From positions 36,642,001 to 36,706,000 of the forward strand of contig OX597834.1 in NCBI GenBank assembly GCA_951406725.2: a stretch of DNA of 64,000 nt, written 5' to 3'. Numbering within the stretch: position 1 is the first letter of the stretch; every line of letters starts with the position of its first letter. A program made the position numbers and the translations under genes. Shown here piece by piece: positions 60,535 through 64,000 of the stretch. Below the pieces are notes generated by a model. The model was not told where the DNA came from. It saw only the letters and a program-made list of their open reading frames with translations, and did not search any database. Source of the stretch: Octopus vulgaris (lineage: Eukaryota).

Positions 60535-60637
60535 TATTAGCATTTCAAAGAAGTTCTGGATTTTGTTGATCTCATTCTTGATTGCTATTGAAATGGTTAT
60601 TCCTATCTAAGTGTCTTAGTCCCAAATTGATTGCAAT

Positions 60638-60673
<36 letters not shown>

Positions 60674-61199
60674 TATATATATCGCTTTACTCTTTTATTT
60701 GTTCCGGTCATTTAAATGCAGCCAGTTTTAGTCGAAGAAATCAACCTCAGAACTTATTCTTTGTAAACCTAGTACTTATATCAGGCTCTTTTGCTGAACT
60801 GCTGAACTGTTACGGAGACATTGGTTGTCAAGTGAACGAGAGGGAGACAAACACATACACTCACACACATATATATATATATATATGCATATATATATCA
60901 TCATCATCATCGTTTAATGTCTGTTTTCCACGCTAGCATGGGTTGGACGGTTCGACCAGGGTCTGGGAAGCCAGGGGCTGCACCAGGCTCCAGTCTGATC
61001 TGGCAGTGTTTCTACTGCTGGATGCCCTTCCTAATGCCAACCACTCCGCGAGTGTAGTGGGTGCTTTTTACGTGCCACCGGCACAGGTGCCAGGGGGGTC
61101 CGGCATCGGCCACGATCGGTTGGTGCTTTTAACATGCCACCGGCACAGAAGCCAGCCAAGGCGGCGCTGGCAACGATATATATATATATTATTTTATTT

Positions 61200-61493
61200 A
61201 TGCGCCCATTTCAAGCCCAGCCAGGCTCATGGACCTGGTTTCCCCCCCCCCCCAGCTGGACAGGACGCCAGTCCATCACAGCGTTACTCAAGAAACAGGA
61301 AGAGAGAGTGAGAGAAAGTTGGGACGAAAGAGTACAACAGGGGTCGCCACCCACCCCCACCCCCCTGCCGGAGCCTCGTGGAACTTTCGGTGTTTTTACT
61401 CAATAAACACTCACAACGCCCGGTCTGGGAATCGAAACCACAATCCTCCGACCGCGAGTCTGCTGCCCTAACCACTGGGTCATTGCGCCTCCA
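61200..61493 (-). mobile_element. SINE family D with tRNA-like head; second copy at 1-230
   Basis: Minus-strand head TGGAGGCGCAATGACCCAGTGGTTAGGGCAG...GGTTTCGATTCCC; shares CTGGAC.GGACGCC.GTCCATC.CAG with 1-230. Confidence 0.75.
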
Positions 61494-62050
<557 letters not shown>

Positions 62051-62589
62051 GGTGATGCAAACAGGAAAAATAGAACTCAAAGCCTGAGTATATATATGAT
62101 ACATGCTTTGAGTAAATATTTTTTATATATATAAATATATCTTTTATTAATAATCAGCAGAAATTAGAGTGACCAAATGGGCGAGGGCCTCGTATGTTGG
62201 TATTATATATAACATGCCTCACAGAGAAACAACCAAAGAGACAGCGAATCAGACAGAGAGGAAGTTGGAAAGCCAGCTAGGTACAAAAATGCACACGATA
62301 CTATTTTGTTAATAAATTTGCTTCAAGGGAGGTAACTCACAATTAAGTACTATTTTGCGGTTGATTTTTCCAAGGGAGATAACTTTTAGAAGTCTAAAAC
62401 TTAAGACGATGAGAATGTTCTCCCTTGAATAAAAATGCCGAGTCATGATGGTTTCTAAAATTGACTGCAATTATTTTAAAGGTGGAAAGGAAGAAGGGAG
62501 AAGAGCTCAAATTTGCCGATAGTGGTTCAGTTCCTTCATATATTTTCCTCCGTGTTATTGAATCCCTTCCCATTTATATTTCTCTATTT

Positions 62590-64000
62590 CTTCCGGTTCT
62601 TTTTCGTTCTGAGTTCAAATCCAGCCAACTTTGCCTTACATTCGTACGCGACTGATAAAATAAAGTTTCAATCAATTTCTGGGAGTCGATGATAAGGATT
62701 AGATCCTTCTCTCACAATTACTGACTTTGTGCCTAAATTAGAGACCCTTATTAGAGCGTTGAGCTCTCAGAATTATCAGAGCGTCGAACAAAATGCCTAG
62801 CGATATTTCTTCCGACTCATTACCTAACGAGTTCAAATTCCGTCGGAGCCAGCTCTGCCTTTCATCCCTCTAGGGTCGATTAAATAAGTACCAGTTGCAC
62901 TCTGGTGTCAATTATTGGGTTAAGCCCTCTCCCAACATTGCTGGTCATATACCAAAATTTGAAACTATTATGAAGTCGGCATCTGGCTGAATCGTTAGCA
63001 AACCGGGCAAAGTGCATTTCGTGTGTTTTTACGTTCTGAGTTCAAATTCCGCCAAGGTCGACTGTACCTTTTCAGCCTTTAGGGGTCGGTGAAATAAGTA
63101 CCACTTTTTCACAGGGGGATCAATGTAATCGACCACCCCTCTCCCATACCACCACCAGTAAATTTCAGGTTTTATGTCTATAATACAGAAGGTGAAAGCG
63201 TCGGGGAAAATTCTTTATTATAGGTGTTTCGGCTCTTTATATTCTGAGTTCAAATCTCGCCGAGGCAACTCTACTATACATCCTCCTGGGGTTGATAAAA
63301 TGAAGAACCAGTCAAGTACTTGGCTTAACGAGATTGACTAATTTTCCCTCCCCTCAAAATTGCTGGCGGTGAACCTAAATTAGAAAATGAGCTTGGAGAT
63401 CATTTAGTGGGTGATAAGAAATGTTTAGCGGTAATTTTTCTGGTTCTTTGTTTGAATCTCATCGACGTAGACTTACTCTTTCACCCGTCCATGTTCAATA
63501 AAAGAAGTACCAGTCTAGTACTGCAGTCAATATAATCGACTGACCTTTGTCCGAAAATTACTGGCCTTGTGCCTAAGGCAGCGAGCGTTATTTCTTCTTG
63601 CTCTTTAGTCTCTGAGCCCGAATTGCGCCGTGGTCACCTTTGCTTTTCATCCTCGATAACCACCTGTCAAGTACTAGGATCGACGTAATCGACTTGGGCC
63701 CCTTTCCTCAAAATTGCGGGCCTTGTGCTCAAACTAGAAACAGTTACTCTTACTGATTAAAACGAGGCCAGTCTTATTAAGTCAGTGGTCGATCGGCAGA
63801 ATCAAAAGAGCAGCGGACAAACTGCATTACGGTATTGAGTTACATCCATTTTTACGTTTTGAGTTTAAATCTTACCAGGCCCGATATTTTTGGGGAAGGG
63901 GCCAATCGATTAGATCGACCCCCCGGTACGCAACTGGTACTTAATTTATCGACCCCAAAAGGACGTAAGACAAAGTCGACCTCAGCGAAATTTGAACTCA
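62590..64000. mobile_element. Cluster of old, diverged SINE family B copies
   Basis: Recurrent GAGTTCAAAT...GTCGATAAA...AGTACCAG blocks about every 190 bp, mostly on +, last copy on -. Confidence 0.7.

Noticed and set aside
61400-61493. tRNA gene
   Set aside because: A/B boxes continue into a SINE body shared with 1-230; no complete cloverleaf confirmed. The same applies to SINE A and B heads.

Overview
AT-rich, intron-dominated animal DNA, full of microsatellites and SINEs; the repeat landscape looks like an octopus genome (inference from repeat families, not a database match). Almost all ORFs in the track are microsatellite artefacts. One gene can be rebuilt by hand on the + strand: 11 GT-AG exons with consistent phases between 27473 and 60439, 422 codons plus stop, start exon not found. 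It encodes a fold-type I (class V) PLP enzyme of the Egt2 hercynylcysteine-sulfoxide lyase / plant L-cysteine desulfhydrase / CefD-like group. Mobile DNA includes a full-length frameshifted mariner, a decayed mariner, a mariner-type MITE, a hAT MITE with 8-bp TSD, non-autonomous Helitrons, two CR1-type LINE fragments, an RTE 3' end and at least four SINE families. Less obvious signals are: about ten minimal type-I hammerhead ribozyme motifs in short Penelope/retrozyme-like repeats, one with a compensated U3-A8 core; a tandem array of duplicated splice acceptors before exon 4; two long hairpins; and a minisatellite grown inside a SINE. Repeat boundaries are approximate unless TIRs or TSDs are given.
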